Of a stretch of 40,237 nt of DNA, positions 28,351-40,110 are shown in pieces. This DNA comes from Bacillota bacterium (GTDB lineage Bacteria; Bacillota; Clostridia; Lachnospirales; Lachnospiraceae), in the NCBI GenBank assembly GCA_023436765.1, contig JAEZHX010000103.1, forward strand, positions 1 to 40,237. The letters are read 5' to 3'. The notes beneath the pieces are model-generated. The model made no database searches, had not been told where the DNA came from, and worked only from the letters and a program-made list of their open reading frames with translations. The translations under genes were made by a program, and so were the position numbers. The stretch's first letter is position 1, and each line of letters begins with the position of its first letter.

Positions 28351-29535
28351 CTATTTATCCCCCTTTTCATTTCTGGTTTTAAGAAGGTTAGCTATCTCAG
28401 AAATGCTGGTGGGTTTGTTGGTTTCCCCTGATTTAACAGGAGCAGCTTCATCACTATCTGATGAACTTTCCCTTTCCGGAGTTTTCGCCTTTTCTGAGAC
28501 ATTCGTATCTATTGTTCTTGTCTGCTTTTTGGCTAATTCCTGCAATGAAGAACCTGCTGGTACAGACTTAGGTGCATATTTTTTCCCTGCCTTGGCGCTG
28601 CTCTTTTCAACTAATTCATCTATGCCCACACTATCCATATATCTGTTAACAAAGAACTGCTGGATAATGGAGAATCCACTGTTCGCAATCCAGTAAATAC
28701 CTACACCAATCGGAAGCATAAGAGCGAAAAAGCCTGACATAACCGGCATGACATAGTTCATGGAAGACATCGCATTGGCAGTGGGATTATTCTTATCCGG
28801 CTTAACGGATATCTGTTTACTCTGTATAAACTGGAGTGCCATTGCCAGTACCGGAATTAATATTGATATTGATTTCCAACTTGGGATATCGGTTATGCTA
28901 AAGCCAAAGAATCCATTTACATTCTTGATGTATCCTATTGCATCTCCTACATTAGGAATCAAGGAAGATAATTCATTCCACTGACTAGTCTTAAAATGTG
29001 ACAGTATCCCAATAATACTATTACTATCCGTTAACTTAGCCGCATCTACATTTACTATCGCTGCTACATTACTAACCACATTGTTATTCATAACAGCATC
29101 TGCAATCGTCTGATACTGGTCTCTGACGATTGTAACATAATTAGGTATATTATTTACTACCTGATATAATGCAAACATGATCGGCAGCATGATTAACATC
29201 GGCAGACAACCGGAGGTAGGGCTTGACCCATACTTCTGATACACTGCCTGTGTTTCAGCCTGCTGTTTTCGTAGGGATACTTCATCCCTTTTTCCTTTAT
29301 ATTTTGCCTGTATCTTCTGTATTTCCGGATTCATACGGGAAGACAGTCTCGTAAATTTCTGCTGTTTAATTGTCAATGGCAGCATCAGCACCTTCATGAT
29401 TAAGGTAAACATGATGATGGATATTGCCAAATTCTCAATACCGAATAAACTGAAGAATGCATAAATGCCATTCATAATCAGTCCTAATACATATGCAATC
29501 GGCGATAAAATACTAGCTAATACTGTAACCTGCAA
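28351..29535 (-). CDS. yidC: Membrane protein insertase YidC/SpoIIIJ
   Basis: LPLTIKQQK, PEIQKIQAKY, GCLPMLI and GVGIYW; TTG start at 29535 after AAGGAGG. Confidence 0.94.
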   Translation of the reverse strand: MQVTVLASILSPIAYVLGLIMNGIYAFFSLFGIENLAISIIMFTLIMKVLMLPLTIKQQKFTRLSSRMNPEIQKIQAKYKGKRDEVSLRKQQAETQAVYQKYGSSPTSGCLPMLIMLPIMFALYQVVNNIPNYVTIVRDQYQTIADAVMNNNVVSNVAAIVNVDAAKLTDSNSIIGILSHFKTSQWNELSSLIPNVGDAIGYIKNVNGFFGFSITDIPSWKSISILIPVLAMALQFIQSKQISVKPDKNNPTANAMSSMNYVMPVMSGFFALMLPIGVGIYWIANSGFSIIQQFFVNRYMDSVGIDELVEKSSAKAGKKYAPKSVPAGSSLQELAKKQTRTIDTNVSEKAKTPERESSSDSDEAAPVKSGETNKPTSISEIANLLKTRNEKGDK

Positions 29536-29560
29536 CGTTTTTTCCTCCTTAGAGCCGTCT

Positions 29561-29776
29561 TCATGGAACCGGATCATATCCTCCCTTGTGGAAGGGATGA
29601 CATCTTAATATTCTTCTGATGGCTAAATACATTCCTTTTATTGCACCATACTTTTCCAATGCTTCTATTGCATAGGAAGAACAGGTTGGTGTATAGATAC
29701 AGCTTGAATTTCTCTTAAGAGGAGATATATACTTCTGATATAATTTTACCAATAAGATAAATAATTTTCTAATCAA
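29561..29776 (-). CDS. yidD: Membrane protein insertion efficiency factor
   Basis: [17 protein letters not shown] and [17 protein letters not shown]. Confidence 0.96.
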   Translation of the reverse strand: MIRKLFILLVKLYQKYISPLKRNSSCIYTPTCSSYAIEALEKYGAIKGMYLAIRRILRCHPFHKGGYDPVP

Positions 29777-29803
29777 TGTAATCCCTCTGAATCTTTGTCT
29801 ATC

Positions 29804-30154
29804 TCATAAACTGCTGCTATTTAACCCAATCTTATGGAGCTTAACAAGATGTTTTAACGCACTATCGATTTCGCTATAATTTGTTCCCTTAGCACTGACC
29901 CTTGCGACAACCACTATGTCCAATCCGTTCATTATTTGATCTTCCGACAGCCGATAGTTTTCCCTGATTAATCTGGTAACTCTATGTCTGATTACACTGT
30001 TACCGACTTTTTTACTCACCGATATTCCTAGACGGTTATAATGAAATCCATTTTCTCTTACATACATGATCAAAAATTTGTTCGCATACGATTTGCCTGT
30101 TTTATATACCACTTGAAACTCTGTATTATTTTTTAAGCTTTCCGTCTTCTTCAT
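29804..30154 (-). CDS. rnpA: Ribonuclease P protein component
   Basis: EFQVVYKTGKS and RLGISVSKKVGNSVIRHRVTR (RNR-type motif). Confidence 0.96.
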   Translation of the reverse strand: MKKTESLKNNTEFQVVYKTGKSYANKFLIMYVRENGFHYNRLGISVSKKVGNSVIRHRVTRLIRENYRLSEDQIMNGLDIVVVARVSAKGTNYSEIDSALKHLVKLHKIGLNSSSL

Positions 30155-30251
30155 GTCCTATATAATACCTTCCATACCGCCGCTGCCCGACAGCTTAAGA
30201 CCAATGCTGTTTACACCCTTAATAAATTCCAACATTTTCTATCTGACATTA

Positions 30252-30279
30252 GAAGAAAAGGCCACAAAAATTGCGACCT
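30252..30279 (-). terminator. Weak terminator/attenuator hairpin after rpmH
   Basis: Minus strand AGGTCGCA-ATTTT-TGTGGCCT followed by TTTCTT. Confidence 0.5.
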
Positions 30280-30288
30280 GTGTTAAAC

Positions 30289-30423
30289 TTAAGCAGTAAG
30301 CTTCTTTCTTCCCTTTGCTCTTCTTGCAGATAATACTTTTCTGCCACCTGCAGAACTCATTCTTGCTCTGAAACCATGCACCTTAGACCTTTGCCTCTTC
30401 TTCGGTTGGAATGTCATTTTCAT
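30289..30423 (-). CDS. rpmH: 50S ribosomal protein L34 (44 aa; absent from the ORF track)
   Basis: Manual translation [55 protein letters not shown]. Confidence 0.98.
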   Translation of the reverse strand: MKMTFQPKKRQRSKVHGFRARMSSAGGRKVLSARRAKGRKKLTA

Positions 30424-30506
30424 TGATATGCACCTCCTTTTTCTAAGCCGGCACTTTGATAAGCGAACTTTATCTATTTTACTCTGTATTAAGGAATATC
30501 ACGTCT

Positions 30507-30535
30507 ATTATATTCGCAATCCAACCTTACGTCAA
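30507..30535 (-). promoter_or_regulatory. Sigma-A promoter of rpmH
   Basis: TTGACG(30530-30535)-17 bp-TATAAT(30507-30512). Confidence 0.85.
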
Positions 30536-30607
30536 GTAGTTATTTTACTCCTCAAAGCCCTTCCCGGAACGTCCTGACAATGTTTCTTCCTTATATATAT
30601 GCTCTTC

Positions 30608-30735
30608 TGTTGATAACTTCGTACATTATGTGGATAAGCTGTGTTATTCTAATTTGAACTGTTTATACTTTCAAGGATTTATTAACATTTTTCCATTGTT
30701 ATTAATGTTTATACGTTTATCCCAAAATCCACAGA
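30608..30735. promoter_or_regulatory. DnaA-box cluster upstream of dnaA (first part of a bipartite oriC)
   Basis: Perfect TGTGGATAA (30629-30637), TGTTGATAA (30608-30616) and several 2-mismatch boxes (TTATTAACA, TTATCCCAA, AAATCCACA). Confidence 0.8.
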
Positions 30736-30768
30736 CTAATTTTTATCCCGCTGATTCGTTTCTATGAA

Positions 30769-30930
30769 GTTACAGTTCAGCCAAGACATAAATATACAGC
30801 ATATGACCAGGGAGAAAGGATTTCCATGGTGAGCATATTGCATAACATAATGCAAGTAAGCGGGAGCGTCTCATCCATGGGAGCATTTCTTCCATGGTCA
30901 TATCATAAACACTGAGTGCCGAACTGTAAC
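30769..30930. repeat. Long nested imperfect inverted repeat in the rpmH-dnaA intergenic region
   Basis: GTTACAGTTC(30769-30778)/GAACTGTAAC(30921-30930); ATATGACCA(30801-30809)/TGGTCATAT(30895-30903); TTCCATGG-TGAG/CTCA-T-CCATGGGA; inner TTGCAT/ATGCAA. Confidence 0.75.
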
Positions 30931-30958
30931 CCATAAAATAAGAATGCCATAATAACCA

Positions 30959-30987
30959 TTGAAAATTTAATCATTTTGTTATAATAT
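30959..30987 (+). promoter_or_regulatory. Candidate dnaA promoter
   Basis: TTGAAA(30959-30964) and extended -10 TGtTATAAT(30977-30985); spacing is short at 15 bp. Confidence 0.55.
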
Positions 30988-31071
30988 ATATCTATGTGAG
31001 TATCTGTAAGAAAAGGTTGTAAATGCATCCAACAACCTATAAAAGGCCATAGTGCAGCATGGAGTGTAATA

Positions 31072-32424
31072 ATGAAGAATTTAATTCAATCTAAGTGGGA
31101 AGAAATATTAAAATATATGATATCCGAATATGGCATAACGGATGTTTCCTATAATGCCTGGCTAAAGCCTCTGAGGGTATTTGATGTTTCTGATCACGTC
31201 ATTACAATTTTGATCAACGATGAACTGATTGGGCCAACCAGCCTGACAATTATCCGTAATAAATATGAGCTTTTATTAAAGGTATCAATTGAAGAAGTTA
31301 TGAATGAACAATACGAAATAAAGTTTGTATTGGCAAGCCAAATGAATTCTTCGGACAAGAAGGCTGAACCGGCAGCTGTTAAAAAAACCAGTAATATTCC
31401 TACCTTTTTAAATCCCAGATATACCTTTGATACCTTTGTGGTTGGAGGAAATAATGAATTTGCCCGCGCTGCTGCACTTGCTGTAGCAGAGAATCCGGGA
31501 GAAATCTATAATCCTCTCTTCATTTATGGTGGGGTTGGTCTAGGTAAAACCCATCTGATGCATTCAATTGCACATTTTGTTCTGAGCGAGAATCCGGATA
31601 CAAAGGTTTTATATGTAACCAGTGAGAAATTTACGAATGAGCTGATTGATTCTATTCAGAAAAAGACTACAACACAATTTAGGGAGAAATATCGCAGCAT
31701 TGATATTCTTTTAATTGACGATATTCAATTTATTATAGGAAAGGAGAGCACCCAGGAGGAGTTCTTCCATACCTTTAATACCTTACATGAATCCAAAAAA
31801 CAGATCATTATCTCCAGTGATCGTCCTCCGAAAGAGATGCTTACCTTAGAGGACAGGCTTAGATCCAGATTCGAGCATGGACTCATGGCGGATATTCAGT
31901 CACCCGATTATGAGACCAGAATGGCTATTCTTAAAAAGAAGGAAGAATTGGACGGATATAAGATTGATGAAGAAGTACTCAGATATATAGCGAATAATAT
32001 CAAATCCAATATCCGTGAGCTGGAGGGTGCCCTAACTAAAATTGTAGCCTTCTCCAGACTTAAGAAGAGAGAGTTAAATCTGTTACTGGCTGAGGAAGCA
32101 CTACAGGATATTATTTCTCCGAATGAGAAGAAGGTAATAACACCTGAGCTGATTATCGATGTAGTTTCAGAACATTATAATATAACACCTACTGATATCT
32201 ATTCTAAGGATAAGAGCAGAAATATCTCCTATCCCAGACAGGTCGTCATGTATCTGTGCCGCAAGCTGACTGATATGTCCGTAACAGATATAGGCAAGTC
32301 TCTCGGTAACCGTGACCATTCAACCGTATTGCATGGCTGCGATAAGGTGACTTTCGATATCAAAAGTGATTCTTCCATACATAATACGATAGATGTATTA
32401 ATAAAGAAGATTAACCCTGAATAG
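31072..32424 (+). CDS. dnaA: Chromosomal replication initiator
   Basis: LNPRYTFDTFV, YNPLFIYGGVGLGKTHL, LLIDDIQF, TQEEFFHTFN, NIRELEGAL and RDHSTV. Confidence 0.99.
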   Translation: MKNLIQSKWEEILKYMISEYGITDVSYNAWLKPLRVFDVSDHVITILINDELIGPTSLTIIRNKYELLLKVSIEEVMNEQYEIKFVLASQMNSSDKKAEPAAVKKTSNIPTFLNPRYTFDTFVVGGNNEFARAAALAVAENPGEIYNPLFIYGGVGLGKTHLMHSIAHFVLSENPDTKVLYVTSEKFTNELIDSIQKKTTTQFREKYRSIDILLIDDIQFIIGKESTQEEFFHTFNTLHESKKQIIISSDRPPKEMLTLEDRLRSRFEHGLMADIQSPDYETRMAILKKKEELDGYKIDEEVLRYIANNIKSNIRELEGALTKIVAFSRLKKRELNLLLAEEALQDIISPNEKKVITPELIIDVVSEHYNITPTDIYSKDKSRNISYPRQVVMYLCRKLTDMSVTDIGKSLGNRDHSTVLHGCDKVTFDIKSDSSIHNTIDVLIKKINPE

Positions 32425-32691
32425 TTTTCTTTTTTTGGTTGATATTCTGTTGATAAATGGTTGATAGTATGTAGATGAGCTGTGAACAATATGTTCTCCA
32501 AATTATGTATGTGTAAAAAATCCTGTTTATCCACGTCTCATCCAAAGGAAATCTTCAAGCTTATTAATGGTTGAAGAGGCTGTATTTTAAGGCAGAAACA
32601 TAGTTTTCAACAAATTCACATCCCTTAATACTAATACTGCTAAGAATCTTTCATATATTTATTATCACATGCGAAGGGAGATTATTCACAT
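32425..32691. other. oriC unwinding region (dnaA-dnaN intergenic) with DnaA boxes and DnaA-trios
   Basis: Boxes TGTTGATAA(32448-32456), TTATCCACG(32527-32535), tandem TTTTCAACA/AAATTCACA(32604-32620), short TCCCT spacer, then TAA-TAC-TAA-TAC-TGC-TAA(32626-32643) and an AT-rich tract; gene orientation switches near here. Confidence 0.88.
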
Positions 32692-33801
32692 ATGAAAATC
32701 CAATGTCAGAAATCTGATTTACTCAACAGTGTAAATATTGTTCTGAAAGCTGTTCCTGTAAAATCAACCATGCCTATCCTGGAGTGTCTGATTATAGAGG
32801 CTAAGGATCAGCGTATCAAATTAATCGCAAATGATATGGAGCTTGGTATTGAAACATTCGTAAAAGGAAATGTCTCTGAAACAGGAACTGTTGCTTTAAA
32901 TGCTAAGGTTTTTTCTGAAATAGTAAGAAGACTTCCGGAGAATGAGGTCCATATCTCAACGGACAGTAATTACATGACGGAAATCATTTGTGAAAAAGCA
33001 AAATTTTCAATATCCGGAAGATCCGGAGAGGAATTTCCCTCCCTGCCTAAGATTGAGAAGGATAATCCTGTTATCCTGTCCCAGTTTACGTTAAAAGAAG
33101 TGATTCGTCAGACAGTCTTCTCCATCTCGGATAATGAGAGCAATAAGATCATGACCGGTGAACTGTTCGAAATAAAAAAGAATGAGCTCAGGGTAATTTC
33201 CTTGGATGGACACAGAATTTCGATTCGAAAAATCCTTATGAAGGATGCCTATGAGGACAGGAAGGTAATTGTACCAGGTAAAACCTTAAATGAAATAAGC
33301 AAGATTTTATCCGGAGAGGCTTCCTCTCTGGTTAATATTTTCTTTACGGACAAGCATGTCCTGTTTGAGTTTGATGAAACCGTTGTACTGTCCAGACTGA
33401 TCGAGGGAGAGTATTACAGAATTGATCAGATGCTTTCCAGCGATTATGAAACAAAGGTTACGATTAACAAGAAAGAGCTTCAGAGCTGTATCGAGAGGGC
33501 ATCGCTCTTAATCAGAGAAACGGATAAGAAGCCGATTATTATCGATATTCGAAACAATAATTTTGAACTTAAAATCAATACAGCCCTCGGTTCCATGAAT
33601 GAAGAGATTGATATCACGAAGGAAGGTAAGGATATCGTAATTGGTTTTAATCCAAAGTTCCTGCTTGATGCACTTCGTGTAATTGATGATGAGAATGTTG
33701 ACATCTACTTAATCAATGCAAAAGCGCCATGCTTTATTAGAGATAAGGACCAGTCATACATTTATCTGATTTTACCTGTCAATATTAATGTTGTATCATA
33801 G
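32692..33801 (+). CDS. dnaN: DNA polymerase III beta sliding clamp
   Basis: STMPILE, LDGHRIS, VIVPGKTL, SRLIEGEY, IGFNPKFLLDAL and YLILPV. Confidence 0.98.
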   Translation: MKIQCQKSDLLNSVNIVLKAVPVKSTMPILECLIIEAKDQRIKLIANDMELGIETFVKGNVSETGTVALNAKVFSEIVRRLPENEVHISTDSNYMTEIICEKAKFSISGRSGEEFPSLPKIEKDNPVILSQFTLKEVIRQTVFSISDNESNKIMTGELFEIKKNELRVISLDGHRISIRKILMKDAYEDRKVIVPGKTLNEISKILSGEASSLVNIFFTDKHVLFEFDETVVLSRLIEGEYYRIDQMLSSDYETKVTINKKELQSCIERASLLIRETDKKPIIIDIRNNNFELKINTALGSMNEEIDITKEGKDIVIGFNPKFLLDALRVIDDENVDIYLINAKAPCFIRDKDQSYIYLILPVNINVVS

Positions 33802-33821
33802 AAAAAGAATGGAGCCATAGA

Positions 33822-34031
33822 ATGCATCAGATTAAATTGAGGGAAGAATATATCAAACTCGGGCAAGCACTGAAGGCTGCCGGTCTCGTAGACACCGGAG
33901 TCGATGCAAAGAATGAGATATTGGACGGTAAGGTAAGGGTGAACGGTAATATAGAATCCCAGAGGGGTAAGAAGCTATATGACGGGGATCTGGTCGAGTA
34001 TGACGGAGAACAGATTAAAATCATAAAGTAA
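33822..34031 (+). CDS. yaaA: S4-domain RNA-binding protein (YaaA-like)
   Basis: EYIKLGQALKAAG..G..AK..I..G.V.VNG..E..RGKKL; conserved position between dnaN and recF. Confidence 0.9.
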   Translation: MHQIKLREEYIKLGQALKAAGLVDTGVDAKNEILDGKVRVNGNIESQRGKKLYDGDLVEYDGEQIKIIK

Positions 34032-34050
34032 AAGAAACGATGGTGCGGAT

Positions 34051-35136
34051 ATGATTGTCAAATCATTGGAACTGAAGGACTATAGAAATTATGGCCAGCT
34101 GAATTTACAGTTTCATAGCGGTACCAATATTTTATATGGGGAAAATGCCCAGGGAAAAACCAATATTCTGGAAGCTGTCTATCTGGGAGGAACAACAAAA
34201 TCTCACAGGGGCAGCAAGGATAGGGAACTCATCCTATTTGGCAGGGATGAAGCCCATATCCGACTTATGATTGAGAAGAATCAGACAACGCATCGGATTG
34301 ATCTGCATTTAAAGAAAAATAAGGCCAAAGGAGTTGCCATTGACGGCATTCCGATTAAAAGACAAGGTGAGTTATTTGGTATGTTGAACCTTGTGTTTTT
34401 TTCGCCGGAGGATCTCTATATCATTAAGGATGGACCCGGAGAACGAAGGAGATTTTTGGATTTGGAATTATGCCAGCTGGACAAGGTTTATCTGTACCAT
34501 TTGGCTAATTATAATAAAGCTCTTGCTCAAAGAAACAACTTATTAAAGCAAATCGGATTTAATAGGAAATTATTGGAAACACTATACTTATGGGATTCTA
34601 AATTAGCAGAACATGGGAGATACATTATTAATTCCAGACAGGAGTTTATCCTGGAGCTGAATGAGTTGACTATGCCCATACATAAAAGGCTGACCGGAGA
34701 AAGGGAAGAATTACTGCTGAAGTATGAACCCAATGTCAGAGCGGATAAACTGGAAGAAAAATTACAAAAGACTGCGGAAAAGGATCTGGCGCAAAAAATG
34801 ACGAATACAGGTCCCCATCGGGATGATATGTCCTTTATCGTAAATGAAATCGATATTCGCAGATTTGGATCTCAGGGACAACAGAGAACAGCGGCTCTAT
34901 CCTGTAAGCTGGCAGAAATTCAGTTAGTGAAAACCATGATAAAAGAGAATCCGGTACTTCTTTTGGATGATGTCCTGTCAGAGCTTGACCGAAGCAGGCA
35001 AAACCATTTATTAAACAGCATCGGAGATATCCAAACGATTATTACCTGTACGGGCTTAGAGGAATTTGTGAACCACAGGTTTGAATATAATAAGATTTTT
35101 CATGTTACCGATGGAGAGGTTATCAGTGAAAATTAA
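34051..35136 (+). CDS. recF: DNA replication/repair protein RecF
   Basis: GENAQGKTNILEA, GPGERRRFLD, GPHRDD, GSQGQQRT and LLLDDVLSELD. Confidence 0.98.
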   Translation: MIVKSLELKDYRNYGQLNLQFHSGTNILYGENAQGKTNILEAVYLGGTTKSHRGSKDRELILFGRDEAHIRLMIEKNQTTHRIDLHLKKNKAKGVAIDGIPIKRQGELFGMLNLVFFSPEDLYIIKDGPGERRRFLDLELCQLDKVYLYHLANYNKALAQRNNLLKQIGFNRKLLETLYLWDSKLAEHGRYIINSRQEFILELNELTMPIHKRLTGEREELLLKYEPNVRADKLEEKLQKTAEKDLAQKMTNTGPHRDDMSFIVNEIDIRRFGSQGQQRTAALSCKLAEIQLVKTMIKENPVLLLDDVLSELDRSRQNHLLNSIGDIQTIITCTGLEEFVNHRFEYNKIFHVTDGEVISEN

Positions 35137-35245
35137 GTATGTGATTCAAGCTTTCTAAACACGGCAGGTATAAGCTCAGGTTACTTAAAATCATTCCTGC
35201 AAAATAGAGAAATGCCTTATCGGGCAGATGCCTAGGAAAAGGTAA

Positions 35246-37186
<1,941 letters not shown>

Positions 37187-37286
37187 TAACCCATCCAGAA
37201 TAAACCTGCAGGACTACTTGATACCACTCACCTGCAACATATAGAGACAGTTTTGCGTCAGCAAAGCTGATAACGGAGGAAGAGGA

Positions 37287-39908
37287 ATGGAAGAGAATAT
37301 CTTCGATAAGGTGCATGACATAGATCTGAAGAAGACAATGGAGACATCCTATATCGACTATGCCATGTCCGTAATTGCGGCCAGAGCCCTGCCCGATGTA
37401 AGGGATGGTTTAAAGCCGGTACAAAGAAGAATATTATATGCAATGATAGAGTTGAATAACGGTCCCGATAAGCCGCACCGTAAATGTGCCCGTATCGTCG
37501 GTGATACCATGGGTAAATATCATCCCCATGGAGACAGCTCCATCTATGAAGCATTGGTAAAGCTGGCTCAGGATTTTTCTACTAGGTATCCTTTGATTGA
37601 TGGCCACGGGAACTTCGGATCTGTTGACGGTGACGGTGCTGCGGCAATGCGTTATACGGAAGCACGCTTAAGCAAGATTTCCATGGAGATGTTATCAGAC
37701 ATCAATAAGGATACGGTAGACTTTTCACCGAACTTTGATGAGACGGAGAAGGAACCTGTAGTTTTACCCTCCAGATTTCCAAACCTTCTGATAAACGGAA
37801 CTTCCGGTATTGCTGTAGGTATGGCAACCAATATACCTCCTCATAATCTGAAAGAAATTATCAACGGTGTTCTGAAGATCATCGATAACCAAATTGAAGA
37901 AGACCGGGAGACGGAGATTGAGGAACTTCTGGAAATTATTAAAGGACCGGATTTTCCCACAGGAGCACAGATTCTGGGGTTATCGGGAATAGAAGAAGCA
38001 TATCGTACTGGACGAGGCAAGATTCGCGTTCGTGCCGTAACTGAGATAGAGACCATGTCGAATGGAAAGCCAAGGATACTGGTAACAGAGCTTCCTTACA
38101 TGGTCAATAAAGCCAGACTGATTGAGAAGATTGCTGAACTGGTGAAGGATAAGAAGATTGATGGAATTACAGAGCTCAGGGATGAATCGGATCGAACAGG
38201 TATGAGAATTGTCATTGAACTCAGAAGAGATGTCAATGCAAATGTAATCTTAAACCAATTATATAAACATACCCTGCTTCAGGATACCTTCGGCGTTATT
38301 ATGTTGGCATTGGTCAACAATGAACCAAGGATCTTAAATCTTCACCAGATGTTAAGCTACTATCTGCAACATCAGAAGGAAGTTGTTACCAGACGTACCC
38401 GGTATGATCTGAATAAAGCAGAAGAACGAGCTCATATTTTACAAGGCTTACTGATTGCCCTGGATCATATCGACGAAGTAATCAGTATCATCCGTTCCTC
38501 CCAGAATGTCGGCATCGCTAAGGAACGCTTAATTGAGAGGTTTGGTTTATCCGATGCTCAGGCACAGGCAATCACGGATATGAGACTGCGTGCTCTGACC
38601 GGACTGGAAAGAGAGCGTCTTGAGACTGAGTATGCTGAGCTGATGGCAAAGATCGAGGAGTATAAGGCAATCCTTGCAGATGAGAAGAAGCTCTTAGGCG
38701 TGATCAAGGAAGAGATTACTCTGATCAGAGATAAATACGGAGATGAGAGAAGAACCTCCATCGGAGCGGATGAGTTCGATATTTCCATGGAGGATTTGAT
38801 TCCGAATGAAAGCACGGTAATTGCCATGACAAGGCTGGGCTATATCAAGCGCATGACAGTTGACAATTTTAAGAGCCAGCATCGTGGCGGTAAGGGCATC
38901 AAGGGAATGCAGACAATCGAGGAGGATTTTATCGAAGATCTTCTGATGACCACAAACCATCATTATATTATGTTCTTTACAAATAAAGGCAGAGTGTACC
39001 GGCTGAAAGCCTATGAGATACCTGAATCCAGCAGAACAGCCAGGGGAACTGCAATCGTTAACCTGCTCCAGCTGCTTCCGGAAGAGAGAATCACGGCCAT
39101 TATTCCGCTTAAGGAATATAAGGATGATCGGTTCCTGTTCATGGCTACTAATAAGGGTATTGTCAAGAAGACCCCCATTAAGGAATACGAGAATATCAGA
39201 AAGTCCGGACTTCAGGCAATTAACCTGAGAGAGGATGATGAATTAATTGAAGTAAAATCCACCAACCGTCAGAAGGAAATTTTCCTGGTGACGAAGAACG
39301 GTATGTGCATCCGTTTTGACGAGAGGGATGTAAGGCCTACCGGTAGAACCTCCATGGGTGTAATTGGTATGACATTGTCGGATGATGATCAGGTCATCGG
39401 GATGCAGCTTCATACTCAGGGAAGCCACCTGCTCTTTGTATCGGAAAACGGTATGGGAAAGAGAACCTCCTTAGAGGAGTTTACTCTGCAACGCAGGGGC
39501 GGTAAGGGTGTAAAATGCTATAAGATCACAGATAAAACCGGTGATGTGATCGGGGTGAAGGCAGTGAATGAGAGTAATGAGGTGATGCTGATCACCACAG
39601 GAGGTATAATTATTCGTCTGATGGTAAATGACATCTCTGTTCTCGGAAGAATTACTTCAGGGGTTAAGTTGATTGAACTGGATTCCGAGAAGGATATTAC
39701 AGTGGCCAGCGTCACTAAGGTGAGAGAGAGCAATAACGCCGCATCCGGAGAAGAGGTCATCAAGAACCTGGAACAGGAATTGATTGAAGAAAGTACAGCA
39801 ACCATTGGAGATATGACGGAGGAAGAATATCTGGAAGAGCTGAATGCAATTCAAGAAACTCTTGAGATAGAGGATGAGGCTTCTGCGCAGGAATTCAAGG
39901 GGAATTAA
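37287..39908 (+). CDS. gyrA: DNA gyrase subunit A
   Basis: [25 protein letters not shown] (catalytic Tyr), GyrA-box QHRGGKG, beta-pinwheel repeats and acidic tail. Confidence 0.98.
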   Translation: MEENIFDKVHDIDLKKTMETSYIDYAMSVIAARALPDVRDGLKPVQRRILYAMIELNNGPDKPHRKCARIVGDTMGKYHPHGDSSIYEALVKLAQDFSTRYPLIDGHGNFGSVDGDGAAAMRYTEARLSKISMEMLSDINKDTVDFSPNFDETEKEPVVLPSRFPNLLINGTSGIAVGMATNIPPHNLKEIINGVLKIIDNQIEEDRETEIEELLEIIKGPDFPTGAQILGLSGIEEAYRTGRGKIRVRAVTEIETMSNGKPRILVTELPYMVNKARLIEKIAELVKDKKIDGITELRDESDRTGMRIVIELRRDVNANVILNQLYKHTLLQDTFGVIMLALVNNEPRILNLHQMLSYYLQHQKEVVTRRTRYDLNKAEERAHILQGLLIALDHIDEVISIIRSSQNVGIAKERLIERFGLSDAQAQAITDMRLRALTGLERERLETEYAELMAKIEEYKAILADEKKLLGVIKEEITLIRDKYGDERRTSIGADEFDISMEDLIPNESTVIAMTRLGYIKRMTVDNFKSQHRGGKGIKGMQTIEEDFIEDLLMTTNHHYIMFFTNKGRVYRLKAYEIPESSRTARGTAIVNLLQLLPEERITAIIPLKEYKDDRFLFMATNKGIVKKTPIKEYENIRKSGLQAINLREDDELIEVKSTNRQKEIFLVTKNGMCIRFDERDVRPTGRTSMGVIGMTLSDDDQVIGMQLHTQGSHLLFVSENGMGKRTSLEEFTLQRRGGKGVKCYKITDKTGDVIGVKAVNESNEVMLITTGGIIIRLMVNDISVLGRITSGVKLIELDSEKDITVASVTKVRESNNAASGEEVIKNLEQELIEESTATIGDMTEEEYLEELNAIQETLEIEDEASAQEFKGN

Positions 39909-39917
39909 TACAAGCAG

Positions 39918-40104
39918 ACTCCTCCTTGTTCTTCCGGTGTGCTAATTACGGAGGTAAAGGATTCCGAAAGGACCGGAATCCATGGGAATTGGAATCAATA
40001 TGGAGGTACAGAATTCCAAAAACATGGAATTCTTGGGAAGAACGGCGGAGTTTCGCACAAGTGGGCTCACTCCTTGTTCTTCCAGTGTGCTTATTAACGG
40101 AGGT
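39918..40104. repeat. Composite direct/inverted repeat element between gyrA and the fumarase gene
   Basis: ~35-bp direct repeat (39922-39955 and 40070-40104); second ~38-bp tandem hairpin unit (39950-39988 and 40002-40039); GGAAGAACGGCGGAGT(40036-40051) is complementary to both copies of the first repeat. Confidence 0.8.
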
Positions 40105-40110
40105 TAGTGA

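Noticed and set aside
37490..37560. Quinolone-resistance substitutions in the GyrA QRDR
   Set aside because: HGDSSIYE retains Ser and an acidic residue at the usual positions
39918..40104. CRISPR array interpretation of the repeats
   Set aside because: Only two imperfect copies of each unit, irregular spacing and no cas genes
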